A model generated the notes under the pieces. The model saw only the letters and a list, made by a program, of their open reading frames with translations, made no database searches and was not told the origin of the DNA. Made by a program: the position numbers and the translations under genes. A stretch of 64,000 nucleotides of DNA from Candidatus Poribacteria bacterium. GTDB taxonomy: Bacteria > Poribacteria > WGA-4E > PCPOR2b. The stretch covers positions 1,440,001 through 1,504,000 of the forward strand of contig OZ240245.1 in the NCBI GenBank assembly GCA_965198175.1, written 5' to 3'. Of this stretch, positions 8,204 through 19,060 are shown in pieces; position 1 is the stretch's first letter, and each line of letters begins with the position of its first letter.

Positions 8204-11200
8204 GTGTTTAACATCATGAGTAGGGGAAGACTCGCTAGGTTGCTGATTTTGGTTACAGTTGCGAGTGGTTTGATGATGAGCGTAGCGCAGTCGGTCCACG
8301 CCCAATCAGTGTCCGCGTTCCAATTGAACGGGACGCTCACGGATGCCGATGGGGTTGCGCTTGTAGGGTACACCGTGGAGGCGCCGGTCGCCGATTCTAT
8401 TTTGGACTCGGAGTCCGTAACGGACGAAGAAGGTAGATACTCAATTCTGTATAGCGGCTTTGGGCCAATCGTCAGTGTTGGCGACATAATTGAGATAACG
8501 ATTAAGGATCCTGACGGGAATGTCGTAGGGACAACGATGTACAGCGTCACTGACGCGAATATATCGCCAAGGATTGGACAGGCGACGCACCATATCGAGT
8601 TGTCCGGATTGAGCGTTGAGTTGGATAACGTTACATTGCCAGCAGACGGCGTTTCGACGGCGGAGATAACCGTCTCAATAGCGTCTGACGGTGCGCCGGT
8701 TACGGATGCGCCGCCGACGATAACGGCTGAGAGTGGCAGCATCGGCGAGGTGACGAACAACGGAGACGGCACGTATACGGCTGTGTACACGCCGCCGGCG
8801 TTGGTGCTCACAGAGCCCACGACGGATACGATTACGGTAAGTTCGGACACAACGGGCGATACGAAGATGGAGACCGTAACGTTGGAGCCGGTACCGACGG
8901 TCGTTGAGTTTTCGGTGGAGCCGGACGTATTCGCCGCGGGTGCGGTCGAGGCGGGCGTCATCGCGATTTCAGTGAATCGCGGCGGCAACCCGGTGGCAGA
9001 CGCAGAACTTTCATTGGGAGTGACGCGTGCAGACGGCGGTGGGGACGCCGGTACGGCGTCTGATGTGACAAGCAACGGCGATGGCACGTACAGCGCGACG
9101 TACACGCCCTCCAACACGGCGGGACAGATAAACATTACGGCGTCGGATGCGGTTTCCGGCGCGATTGCGATTGCGTCAGTCACCGTGAATGCGGGTGCTG
9201 CAGCTTCAATTTCGGTCAGTGCGGCGCCCACGTCAGTTTCGAGTAACGGAAGCGCTGTGATAACCGCGGCGGTCGCAGATGAATCGGGTAACGGAGTTGG
9301 CGGCTTGACGTTGAGCGGCTCGGCGGATAGCGGCGCGGTCGGCGAATTCAGCGCAGGGGCTGCGTTTGGGAGTTATAGCGCGGCGTATACGGTGGGTACG
9401 GTCGAGGCGGCAGGAATGGATACGGTCACCGTTAGCGTCGGTGAACTTTCGGGTCAGGCGACGATTGACCTCACGCCGGAACCGCCTAAGGAAGTAGAAA
9501 TTCTTGTAATTACAGGCATGGTGAACAAGCAAGACGGTACGGGACCCGTCAGCGGTATTGACGTTGAGGTTACGGTCGGCGACATGCCGCCCAAGGCGAC
9601 GGTGACGGACAGCAACGGGAACTACAGCGTCACAATCGTTAATCCGGGCGGAGTTGCGGGACGTGCTGGTAATGCCGTCACTGTGGTAGTCACGGACGAC
9701 GCCGGTGAGGAACGAGGACGTAACGAGTCGGTGTTGACGGACGAGGACCTGGGCGACGAGACTTCCGCAGTCGTTGAGCGGAACGTGGATACCAATATCT
9801 TGGCGCGCACCACTGCGCTGGCAGTTACCGGTACGGTCTTCCGCGAAGACAGCGCAATCGCCGTTAACGATGTGATAGCGATTACGGTGATGAACACGAC
9901 CCGCGGGACCGAAGTGTCTGGGATGACGGACGCGAACGGGATGTATAATCTCACCTTCTTCGGCACAACGGTTGTTGCGGAGACGGGAGACGAGCTGGTA
10001 GTGACGGCATCAAGAGACGGAGTCGAGGTTGGGAGCAGCACGCAAACGCTGTCTTCGGACGAAATCGAAGCCGGCAGAGCGATGGTGAACATTTCGACGG
10101 ATATTAAGGCGTCGACATCCGCGCTTGCAGTCAGTGGTCAGGTTTTCTTTGAAGATGGCACGATTGCGGTTGGCGCCGGCGTGACGGTCACGTCAATGAA
10201 CGGCGGCCGCGGACTGGAAACCTCCGGCATGACCGACGCGGACGGGAACTACAGTGTGACGTTCTTCAGCGCAGAGGGACTGGTTGCGGAAACTGGCGAC
10301 ATGATTAGCGTGACAGCCGTGCACGACGGCGAGCCGGTCGGGACGACGGAACACACGCTTTCAGTGGCTGAAGTGGACGCGCAGCGCGCGGAAGTGGATG
10401 TAACGACGAGCGTGAAAGCGTCGACGTCCGCGCTTGTAGTCAGCGGTACGGTTTTCTTTGACGACGGCGGGATTGCGGTTGGCGCCGGTGTGACGGTCAC
10501 CTCGATGAACGCGGGGAGCGGACAGGAAGCCTCCGGCGTGACCGACGCGGACGGGAACTACAGTGTGACGTTCTTCAGTGCGGAGGGAATTGTTGCGGAA
10601 ACTGGGGACATGATAAGCGTGACAGCGGTGCACGATGGCGAGGCGGTTGGGACGACGGAACATATGCTCTCAGCGGCTGAAGTGGACGCGCAGCGCGCGG
10701 AAGTGAATGTGACGACGAGCGTGAAAGCGTCGGCGTCCGCGCTTGTAGTCAGCGGTACGGTTTTCTTTGAAGACGGCGGGATTGCGGTCGGCGCCGGTGT
10801 GACAGTTACCTCAATGAACGGCGGCCGCGGACTGGAAGTGTCCGGCATGACCGACGCGGATGGGAACTACAGTGTGACGTTCTTCAGCGCGGAGGGTCTG
10901 GTTGCGGAAACTGGGGACATGATTAGCGTGACAGCCGTGCACGACGGCGAGGCGGTTGGGACGACGGAACATATGCTCTCAGCGGTTGAAGTGGTCGAGC
11001 AGCGCGCCGAAGTGAATGTGACAACGAGCGTGAAAGCGTCGACTACTACGTTGGTGGTCACTGGTGCGGCGTTCTACGAAGGCAGCACCATTCCCGTCGG
11101 TGCCGGCAACACCGTCACGGTGGTGAACAACGCGAACGGGATGGAAGCCTCCGGGATGACGGACGCGAACGGGATGTACAACGTGACGTTCTTTAGCCCG

Positions 11201-14200
11201 GACGCGACGGTCGCCGAAACGGGCGACACGCTGACCATCACGGTGACAAGCGATGAGGACGGCAGCGGCAGCATGGACTATTCGCTGACGGCAATTGAGA
11301 TTGATGCGCAGCGCGCTATGGTGGATGTGCCGACGAACATCAAGGCGACCTCGTCAGCGTTCGTTGTGGCGGGTACAGTGTACCTTGAAGACGGGGTAAG
11401 CGGTGCGCCCGCAGGTTTAACCGTCAAAGTCATGAACGAAACGCAGGGGATTGACCTCGAAGGATGGACGGTTCCGGGCGGCGGATACGTCGTGACGTTC
11501 CTGGAGACCGAGATGGCGGCGGTGAAGACTGCGGACGAGTTGACACTCGACGTGCTTGTGATGGCGGGCGACGAGACGCCCGTCGGCGAAACTTCCGTTA
11601 CGTTGACATCGGCGGATGTGGTTGCGGCGCGGATTGAGGGCATTGATATCACGAGCAGCCTCACGGCTGATCCGACGAATGCCTTTGTCGTTGACGGCAC
11701 CGTCCGGGATCCTTCTGGCAACAACGTTTCGGCGGGGGTTCGGGTGCGAGTTACTCTCGGCGACCACGCTCCCAGAGAGTTGGAGACGTATGCGAACGGT
11801 GGTTATTCGGCGACCTATTTTGACGCGCAGATGCCCGTCGCCAGCGTTTACGACACCGTGATGATTGCGGCGGTCGACCACAGCACGGGCGCAGCGGTGT
11901 TTGAAACCATGCAGTTAGCTTCGCACCACGTGTTGGCGCAGCGCGCGATGATTAACGTGATGCTGATTCCGGACGATGAACCGCCGGTTGCAGTGGCGAA
12001 CGTGAGCCAGAGGTTCCTCGACCCGGCGGAGGTCTCGACGTTCGACGCGAGCGCATCGACCGACAACGTCTTTATTGACACGTACGAATGGGATTACGGC
12101 GACGGCTCGAGCGGCAGCGGCGCGGTAACGACGCACGCTTACGACGGGGCGGGCCTGTATATTGTAACGCTGACGGTAACCGACCTTGCCCGGAACGTGA
12201 CCACGGTGTCACGCGAAATCTTTGTGGGCACGGTACGGCTCGGCGGCATTTCGCTCAACACGCGCCATGCGCGCGAGGTTCTTGACCAAATAATCAGCTT
12301 GGCAGTCGCTAAGACTGACGTTGCGCAGCAGCTGGGAACGGAACAGCTTTTGGAGTTGCTGCACGCTAATCCGGCGGTTCAAGCGGCTCTGGCTGAAGCG
12401 GTTGGCGGGGCATTACCGCCCGGCTTTATACCGATGCAGCTACTCGGCGAGAATTTGCCGCTGATTTTCGAGCAGTACGAAAACATTGATTTGGAAAACT
12501 TCGGCAACGCAGTGACCGCCCGTGTTGACGCGAGCGGCGGTATCCTGGGATCAGCAACGCCGGGATTCGGCAGGGTCGTGACCGGCGAGAAGTTGGACCT
12601 CTACGTTGCGGCACCGCGCGCAGATGTTGGCAGCGTCACGTTCAGGTTCGACGAGGTTACAGTCGATGCGGACGAGGTCATCGACAGTCTGCCGCACACG
12701 TTCCAGTTGGAAGAGGAGCAAGCGATTCTGCTGCTGCCCTCCTGGCCCGGCGTGCGGGGTGGAACGGATGGCGTGTTCTCAGCGGTGACGTTGATGTTGG
12801 CGTCTGAAGAGTTGCCGGCGGCATACCACAATCTGATTTCGAGAAATGCGTGGTCGTTCCGCGAAACGAGCGATTATCAGGCTGCGTCCATGAGTCCGAG
12901 GACGATTAACGGCAAGATAGTCTGGGATGTCCAAGCGGACATTGAGCCCGGCAAGATATACTACTACTATTACGCAGTCGAACTGGCGAATCCGGTCACA
13001 CTGAATTTGGGCGAGGGTCAGGATAGCATGGAACTCTCGCAGTACGCATTGACAGACCCGCGTAACCTTCAAATTCAGGATCGTGGAATAGCTGAGGCAG
13101 TATTCACACCCGAGCTTCAGGAAGCGATTGCACCGCTGCTGAACCCGATACTTTCGGGAATTTTCAGTGGACAAGCTGTTTCAGTGGAAGATGCCGTGGC
13201 GAGCTTGACGCCCGAGGTGTGGGTGAACTTGTTGGGCGCAGCATTGAATTCAGCTGTTCCGCTTCTTGAAGAGATTTCACAGACGATGGAAACGCAGCTG
13301 ATTTCCGTGTTCACGGTTCCGCTGGTGAACGAAGCGCAGTCGCTCTGGCACACGAGCATCGATTTATCAGTGTTCCCGGACGGCGTTCACACGATTGATG
13401 CGAACGTGTTTGATTCGCTTGGTGTTCAGATAGATAACCGACCGGTTTACGGTAAGACCTTTACGTTGGATCGGACTGCACCGGTTTACGATGTGTCGGC
13501 TGCACCGGGTCAGAATTCGTCGATTTACATGCGCGACGACGGCGTGTTGATTGCGACAGGATTGCCGCCCGCTGGCGATGGCAGCCCGATGGCGACGCTT
13601 CAACTGCTGTCAAGCGCGAACGGCGATGTGAGCGATGCGGCGGAGGGGTTGTACCAGATTATTCGGCACAGCGATGACTCCGTTGAGCAGGTGTCACAAA
13701 CATGGGTAAACGTTCCTCCAAGCGACATGGCGCCGATGTTCCAGGGGCTGACGCCTGAAGACATCACCGCATTCTTGGTTACGTTCCCGAATCTGCTGAC
13801 GTTGAACGCGCCAGTGATTATCAACGGGATGGTTCCGGAACAGATGGTTGCGGAACAGATGGAGATGTTGATTCGCGGTGCGAACAGCCAGCCGGAATTG
13901 ATTGTCGGTGAATACGGGCTGCGCGTCATCGCACGGGATTCGGTATTCAATATGTCAACGGATACCGCGCCGATACGGCTGAACATTGTACCGCCGGATC
14001 CGGATACCGCGATGGTTGTGCGGGTATCGCTCGGCGATTGCAACGGCGATGGCGACACAGACGACCTGTATGAGACCGGCGCGCCCGATGTGATGATTCT
14101 CTTCTCGGACACGCCGAATGTGATGTTAACCGCCGAGATTATGAAGCAGGTTCACCCGATAACGTCAATCCTCTTCCAATACAGGATGGGGGATGACGGC

Positions 14201-17200
14201 GAATGGCAGGATGTCGGTATGGTCGACGCAGATATGGTCGCCGGTGCTGCGGTCGGTTCACAGTATGAGGTGGCTTGGAGCATTGACAACTTGGGCGCGT
14301 TGATTCAGGCAGGTATGCCGGTCATGGTTCGCGCGGTTGTCACGAATGCGCTCTCCGTTTCGGATACGGAAGCTGCTGAAGCTACGATCGCGGTAAAAGA
14401 CCATCCGTGCCCGATCGAACCTGAAATTCATGAGCTTGCACACACCGTTACTGACCGTAACGCAGATAGCGACGCGCCGCGCGGTCCGATTATGCTTCAG
14501 GCGGTCACCCGCGAACTCACTTCCCCGCCCTCGATGAGCGTAATGTTTGAGGTACTGCAAGGCGAGGTGTGGCAGGCAGTCGGCGAAGTGGCGATAGCGG
14601 ACAGCGTTGTCGAAGAGTCAATCGTCGATGCGCTCGAAGAGGCGGTTGAGGAGATTGTCGATGGCGAGGCGAGCGCGGTGCTCGTTCCGACGCGCCGTGT
14701 ATGGTCGTTTGAACTTGATAGCACAACACTCGAAGATACGATTGCGGTGGGAGACGCCGCTGAACGCGACGTAACGCAAGATGATAACCCTTACGTGCTT
14801 CGTGCGGTTGCAGTTGACGCGAATGGCACAAGATACGAATCGGCGGAGGAGCTCTCGCAGAGTTTCTCAGTTGACAACGTTGACGATGTTCCGCCGCTTA
14901 CTGGAACAGAGATTCTTCAAGTTGCGGATGTTGCGGGCGTCATTGAGATGATGGAGGATGTCTTTACCGTCGGCGGTATCGTTGCCGAGGGAGTGGATGC
15001 GCCAGTCGCAATGCTGATGGCAATGCCGATAGCGGATCCGAAGACGTATAATCGGGTTGATGTGCTGATTAACCGCCGCAATGACGATGGCAGCCTCGGC
15101 GACGCTGTGGCTGAGATGGCGTTCGAAATGGGCGAGGAGAATTACACCTCTACGGTTGATGTCTCAACGCTTGAGAACGGCGCGTATCTCTTCCAAGCGC
15201 TCGCGATGGACGAGGTCGGGAATCAAGAGGTGCGTGACCTCGCGTTAGCGATTTCGGTCGATGTAGCGAACTTCATTCCGCCGCCGGAAATCGATCTGAA
15301 TGGTCAGACGGTTGAGGAAGTTACGGAAGCGTATCCGGGAGGTTTCCCAATCTCTCGGACGTACGAGTTGACTGTGACTGGTATTGCGCTTAACGCGGGC
15401 GATATTGACGTTCTGGTCGATGGGCGTTCCGCGAACGAATTGGGCGCACTCACGGTAACAACGGTTGAGGAAGGCGCGTCGAGCACGTTCACGCTGGCGA
15501 TTGACACAACGCTGCTTGAGGAAGGCTTACACGCACTCGATCTCCAGGTTACCAAACGGAACGGCAGCATCACGTTTGCTCTGGCGCCGCTGTTTGTAGA
15601 CAACGTTGCGCCCGAGTTGGCAGTGGCTTCGCCGGTGGCGAATAGCGAGGTGAGCGCATTGCCGAACACCCATGCGACTTATAATGACGGCGAAGGGGCA
15701 GGGATTGAACTCTCCTCCGTTTCGATCAGCTTGGTTCGGTTGACACCGCCAGATATGATGCCGGTCGAAATTAATATGGGCGGGGTTATGACAGATTTGA
15801 CCGACCTTGTCTATACGCGCGGCGATATGCTGCCCGGTGGCGTATATCGCGTGAGCGTAACGGTATCTGATATCGTAGACAACGTGAGCGAGGCATCGGC
15901 TGACTTTACGGTCGTTACGACGTTGCCGTCCGTCTCAATCCTATCACCGATGCCGGGTCAGATTCTTGACGTATCGTCGCCGTACATCAGCGCGGTTTAC
16001 ACGGGCATTGGCGCGAGCATCACATCTTTCACGCTTGACGGCGCGGATGTCGCTGTAACGGACGAGATGATGAGCGGGAATCGTTTGGAGTATACGCCTG
16101 ACGCCTTGGCGGATGGCAGCCATACCGTAGCGATTATGATTACAGACGGCGAAGGCAATACGATGGACGACAGCGTGACGTTTACGGTAAGGACAGCAGA
16201 CACCACGCCGCCTCTGATAACGGCGGCTGGTCCGCAAGGCGTTGTGAAATCTGCGTCCGCGACGTTGTCCGCCGCAGCCTCTGACGAAGAATCGGGGATT
16301 GCGAGCGTGTCATACGCCATAGACGGCGGTGCCGCGGTTGACGGAATGACTCGAGACGTTAGCGGACTGACTCCGGGAACTCACACGGTTATGGCGGTTG
16401 CTACGAATGGGGCTGGTCTGGAAAGCACGTTCAGTTGGACATTCACCGTTGAATTGGATACCACGCCGCCGGTGATTTCGACTGTTGCGCCGGAAGGCAT
16501 TATCAAAGAAGCCTCTACAACGATTTCAGCCGTTATCGGCGACGAACAATCAAGCGTGACACGTGTCACAATTTCGGTGGACGGCGCGGCGGCTAGAACG
16601 GCGTCACTACGGGATGGTCGTGCGAGCCGCGCTGTGAGCGGACTTACTCCTGGAACGCACAATGTGACGGTTTCTGCCGAGAGCACTGGCGGTACTGCGA
16701 CGCATACTTGGAGTTTCACGGTTGAACTGGATACCACACCGCCTGTGATTACCCGTGCTAGACCGCAAGGCGTAGTCACGTCAACTTCTGTAACAATTGC
16801 GGCAGTGGTGACCGATGAGGAATCTGCTGTCACAAGTGCCACGATTGCCCTTGACGGTGGTAGAGCTATAGACGTGACACCGGCAGCGAACGGGCCGGTG
16901 AACCGTAGGGTGACCGACCTGAATCCCGGTCTGCACGGCATAGAGCTCGTTGCAACCAGCGCTGGCGGCACCGCGACGCATACTTGGACGTTTACTGTTG
17001 ACTTGGATACGACCCCGCCGGAGGTTTCGACTACATCTCCGCACGGCATTGTGCGCGTCGAACAGCCGCAAATCTCTGTGGCAGCGAGCGATGACCGCGG
17101 CGGTATCCTTGTAATCGACATCACGCTTAAAGACAGCGATGGTAACGAGCTCAACGGTCGAACCAAAGCAAGTTCTGACACAACTTCAGCGACCTTTACA

Positions 17201-17911
17201 CCGTCGGGACGCCTGACGGGTGGGACGTACTCAGTTGATGCCACGGTGAAAGATAGAAGTCAGAATACGGCATCTGCGAGTTGGAGTTTTACCGTCGAGT
17301 TCGATACGGTTCCGCCTAGCATCACGGTTGTTGCGCCGCAGGGCGAATCGCGGATCAGTGAGGAACGCCGACCGGTGATTACGGCAAGCTACTCCGACAA
17401 TTTATCGGGGGTTGATGCGGATTCCGTGGTATTGATGCTTGATGGGAACCCGGTCGTTCCGAGCGCGGTGTCCACGAGCCAGGTGGTTTACACGCCGCCC
17501 GCGGACCTCGCTTTTGGTCGGCACACGGTTATGCTGGAAGTCTCCGATCTCGCAACGCCGTCCGCGAACATGGCGGCGCACGAATGGAGTTTTGTGCTTG
17601 AGGACGGTAAGGGACCTGTGTTCCGCGGCGTACTGCGGAATTACCCGAATCCGTTTACGAGTAAGACGACCGTGGCGTTCACCCTTGCCCGTGAATCGAC
17701 ACTGACGATCGAGATTTACGACATCACAGGTCGGCTTGTCAGGGTTTTGGCGCAAGATGAGGTACGAGAAGCCGGTGCTAATGAATTTCCGTGGGATGGG
17801 AAGACGTCGGCAGGCGACGTACTGGCTCGCGGCGTTTACTTCAGTCAGATTATGGTGACGAGCGAACCGAAGCCAGAGTTTATTGTCTTGAAAATGGCGC
17901 TGTTGCGCTAG
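8204..17911 (+). CDS. Giant secreted adhesin-like protein: invasin/Ig-like repeats, PKD domain, DTTPP Ig repeats, C-terminal FlgD-Ig/T9SS-like domain
   Basis: GGAGG 7 nt before GTG 8204 (ATG 8216 is an alternative); signal peptide ending VHA-Q; NNGDGTYTAVY invasin-like motifs; PKD motif FDASASTD...YEWDYGDG...HAY; C-terminus RNYPNPFTSKT...IYDITGRLVR...WDGK...GVYF. Confidence 0.88.
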   Translation: MFNIMSRGRLARLLILVTVASGLMMSVAQSVHAQSVSAFQLNGTLTDADGVALVGYTVEAPVADSILDSESVTDEEGRYSILYSGFGPIVSVGDIIEITIKDPDGNVVGTTMYSVTDANISPRIGQATHHIELSGLSVELDNVTLPADGVSTAEITVSIASDGAPVTDAPPTITAESGSIGEVTNNGDGTYTAVYTPPALVLTEPTTDTITVSSDTTGDTKMETVTLEPVPTVVEFSVEPDVFAAGAVEAGVIAISVNRGGNPVADAELSLGVTRADGGGDAGTASDVTSNGDGTYSATYTPSNTAGQINITASDAVSGAIAIASVTVNAGAAASISVSAAPTSVSSNGSAVITAAVADESGNGVGGLTLSGSADSGAVGEFSAGAAFGSYSAAYTVGTVEAAGMDTVTVSVGELSGQATIDLTPEPPKEVEILVITGMVNKQDGTGPVSGIDVEVTVGDMPPKATVTDSNGNYSVTIVNPGGVAGRAGNAVTVVVTDDAGEERGRNESVLTDEDLGDETSAVVERNVDTNILARTTALAVTGTVFREDSAIAVNDVIAITVMNTTRGTEVSGMTDANGMYNLTFFGTTVVAETGDELVVTASRDGVEVGSSTQTLSSDEIEAGRAMVNISTDIKASTSALAVSGQVFFEDGTIAVGAGVTVTSMNGGRGLETSGMTDADGNYSVTFFSAEGLVAETGDMISVTAVHDGEPVGTTEHTLSVAEVDAQRAEVDVTTSVKASTSALVVSGTVFFDDGGIAVGAGVTVTSMNAGSGQEASGVTDADGNYSVTFFSAEGIVAETGDMISVTAVHDGEAVGTTEHMLSAAEVDAQRAEVNVTTSVKASASALVVSGTVFFEDGGIAVGAGVTVTSMNGGRGLEVSGMTDADGNYSVTFFSAEGLVAETGDMISVTAVHDGEAVGTTEHMLSAVEVVEQRAEVNVTTSVKASTTTLVVTGAAFYEGSTIPVGAGNTVTVVNNANGMEASGMTDANGMYNVTFFSPDATVAETGDTLTITVTSDEDGSGSMDYSLTAIEIDAQRAMVDVPTNIKATSSAFVVAGTVYLEDGVSGAPAGLTVKVMNETQGIDLEGWTVPGGGYVVTFLETEMAAVKTADELTLDVLVMAGDETPVGETSVTLTSADVVAARIEGIDITSSLTADPTNAFVVDGTVRDPSGNNVSAGVRVRVTLGDHAPRELETYANGGYSATYFDAQMPVASVYDTVMIAAVDHSTGAAVFETMQLASHHVLAQRAMINVMLIPDDEPPVAVANVSQRFLDPAEVSTFDASASTDNVFIDTYEWDYGDGSSGSGAVTTHAYDGAGLYIVTLTVTDLARNVTTVSREIFVGTVRLGGISLNTRHAREVLDQIISLAVAKTDVAQQLGTEQLLELLHANPAVQAALAEAVGGALPPGFIPMQLLGENLPLIFEQYENIDLENFGNAVTARVDASGGILGSATPGFGRVVTGEKLDLYVAAPRADVGSVTFRFDEVTVDADEVIDSLPHTFQLEEEQAILLLPSWPGVRGGTDGVFSAVTLMLASEELPAAYHNLISRNAWSFRETSDYQAASMSPRTINGKIVWDVQADIEPGKIYYYYYAVELANPVTLNLGEGQDSMELSQYALTDPRNLQIQDRGIAEAVFTPELQEAIAPLLNPILSGIFSGQAVSVEDAVASLTPEVWVNLLGAALNSAVPLLEEISQTMETQLISVFTVPLVNEAQSLWHTSIDLSVFPDGVHTIDANVFDSLGVQIDNRPVYGKTFTLDRTAPVYDVSAAPGQNSSIYMRDDGVLIATGLPPAGDGSPMATLQLLSSANGDVSDAAEGLYQIIRHSDDSVEQVSQTWVNVPPSDMAPMFQGLTPEDITAFLVTFPNLLTLNAPVIINGMVPEQMVAEQMEMLIRGANSQPELIVGEYGLRVIARDSVFNMSTDTAPIRLNIVPPDPDTAMVVRVSLGDCNGDGDTDDLYETGAPDVMILFSDTPNVMLTAEIMKQVHPITSILFQYRMGDDGEWQDVGMVDADMVAGAAVGSQYEVAWSIDNLGALIQAGMPVMVRAVVTNALSVSDTEAAEATIAVKDHPCPIEPEIHELAHTVTDRNADSDAPRGPIMLQAVTRELTSPPSMSVMFEVLQGEVWQAVGEVAIADSVVEESIVDALEEAVEEIVDGEASAVLVPTRRVWSFELDSTTLEDTIAVGDAAERDVTQDDNPYVLRAVAVDANGTRYESAEELSQSFSVDNVDDVPPLTGTEILQVADVAGVIEMMEDVFTVGGIVAEGVDAPVAMLMAMPIADPKTYNRVDVLINRRNDDGSLGDAVAEMAFEMGEENYTSTVDVSTLENGAYLFQALAMDEVGNQEVRDLALAISVDVANFIPPPEIDLNGQTVEEVTEAYPGGFPISRTYELTVTGIALNAGDIDVLVDGRSANELGALTVTTVEEGASSTFTLAIDTTLLEEGLHALDLQVTKRNGSITFALAPLFVDNVAPELAVASPVANSEVSALPNTHATYNDGEGAGIELSSVSISLVRLTPPDMMPVEINMGGVMTDLTDLVYTRGDMLPGGVYRVSVTVSDIVDNVSEASADFTVVTTLPSVSILSPMPGQILDVSSPYISAVYTGIGASITSFTLDGADVAVTDEMMSGNRLEYTPDALADGSHTVAIMITDGEGNTMDDSVTFTVRTADTTPPLITAAGPQGVVKSASATLSAAASDEESGIASVSYAIDGGAAVDGMTRDVSGLTPGTHTVMAVATNGAGLESTFSWTFTVELDTTPPVISTVAPEGIIKEASTTISAVIGDEQSSVTRVTISVDGAAARTASLRDGRASRAVSGLTPGTHNVTVSAESTGGTATHTWSFTVELDTTPPVITRARPQGVVTSTSVTIAAVVTDEESAVTSATIALDGGRAIDVTPAANGPVNRRVTDLNPGLHGIELVATSAGGTATHTWTFTVDLDTTPPEVSTTSPHGIVRVEQPQISVAASDDRGGILVIDITLKDSDGNELNGRTKASSDTTSATFTPSGRLTGGTYSVDATVKDRSQNTASASWSFTVEFDTVPPSITVVAPQGESRISEERRPVITASYSDNLSGVDADSVVLMLDGNPVVPSAVSTSQVVYTPPADLAFGRHTVMLEVSDLATPSANMAAHEWSFVLEDGKGPVFRGVLRNYPNPFTSKTTVAFTLARESTLTIEIYDITGRLVRVLAQDEVREAGANEFPWDGKTSAGDVLARGVYFSQIMVTSEPKPEFIVLKMALLR
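10106..11032 (+). repeat. Three near-identical 309-bp (103-aa) intragenic repeats
   Basis: Units start at 10106, 10415 and 10724; more diverged copies flank them on both sides. Confidence 0.95.
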
Positions 17912-17931
17912 TAATCCGAAAGGATTCCTTC

Positions 17932-17971
17932 GTGATTATGGGAATGGGTTGAGCCTCATTCCCGTAATCAC
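17932..17971 (+). other. Strong intergenic stem-loop without U-tail
   Basis: GTGATTATGGGAATG pairs with CATTCCCGTAATCAC between giant gene 2 and the PorV gene. Confidence 0.65.
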
Positions 17972-18012
17972 AATCATAAACAGTAGATACGCAATACGTT
18001 AAGGGGGAAAAC

Positions 18013-18954
18013 ATGTTTCAAAGGAAGCAGCAGTTGTTTTTTTGCGCAGTAGGGTTTATGGCGCTCTTATTCGCCTTCGCACCGATATGTCTCGCCAGCG
18101 GCAACGCCGCGCCGTATCTACGCGACGGCGTCGGCGCACGGTCAATCGGGCTAGGCGGCGCATTCACAGCCATCGCCGACGATGCCACCTCCACAATCTG
18201 GAATCCTGCGGGCTTACCGGCGACTGAGACTCTAGATTTCACGCTGTCACGGGTGCCAATGGGGTTCAACAACACTAATAAGAACTTCATGGCGATTGTG
18301 AAAGGGTTGAGCGAAAACACGTCGATCGGCTTTTCGTGGATGAATGTTGGCGTTGACGATATCATGGAGGTCAGCGCGGATAATGAAATCACGGGTAGAC
18401 GCTTTAACTACGATTCGAATGCGTTGGCGTTGTCGTTCGGTCATGCGCTGGAAAGTTTTAATCTTGGTGCGAGCGTACGGGTACTTTCTGATGCGGTTGG
18501 ACTGGATGCGTTCGATGGCGTGACGAGTTTTGGCGGCGTGGATGTAGGAATGTTGGCGCGACCCGATACGTCGTTCAGCTACGGCTTGTCGGTCAGAAAC
18601 CTCGGCGGTACGGTCGGCGATGAGAGCGTTCCGATTCTCGTAAATCTCGGTGTTGCGTACCATCTATTTGAGGGGCACCGTGCGACGGTCGCCTGTGATG
18701 TCGAGCACGAAATCGGCATTCTGGACGAAAGTCCTACAAGCGTTCGAATGGGAACAGAATATCGAATTGCACGAACCCTCGCGGTGCGCGGCGGCACACG
18801 GGTGTCCAAGGATCGTCAAGCTCTGTTTGTTGGGTTTGGAGTTGACGTTGGCGGGCTCCAGCTTGATTATGCGTTGAAAGCAGGCGAACGTGCGACACGC
18901 AGCTTGCAAGACGCCGGCGAAACCCATTTCGTTTCACTGTCTTACGGTTACTAA
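18013..18954 (+). CDS. PorV/PorQ-family (UPF0164-like) outer-membrane beta-barrel
   Basis: Signal peptide; YLRDGVGARSIGLGGAFTAIADDATSTIWNPAGL N-terminal signature; amphipathic strands; ends HFVSLSYGY. Confidence 0.85.
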   Translation: MFQRKQQLFFCAVGFMALLFAFAPICLASGNAAPYLRDGVGARSIGLGGAFTAIADDATSTIWNPAGLPATETLDFTLSRVPMGFNNTNKNFMAIVKGLSENTSIGFSWMNVGVDDIMEVSADNEITGRRFNYDSNALALSFGHALESFNLGASVRVLSDAVGLDAFDGVTSFGGVDVGMLARPDTSFSYGLSVRNLGGTVGDESVPILVNLGVAYHLFEGHRATVACDVEHEIGILDESPTSVRMGTEYRIARTLAVRGGTRVSKDRQALFVGFGVDVGGLQLDYALKAGERATRSLQDAGETHFVSLSYGY

Positions 18955-19060
18955 ACTATAATTAGACGCAAGCGAATTTCATCGCAACTCGGCGTGAAAG
19001 GTGTGCTTACGTTTTTATATTGGAAATCATTCAATGTTTTCAAGCAAAGGAGAATGCACG

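Noticed and set aside
10106..11032. Possible diversity-generating retroelement template/variable repeats
   Set aside because: The repeats are in-frame domain copies, differences are not adenine-specific, and no reverse transcriptase is present.
1348..17755. Numerous minus-strand ORFs (up to 362 aa) within the giant genes
   Set aside because: Antisense shadows of biased, repetitive coding sequence; no motifs or RBS.
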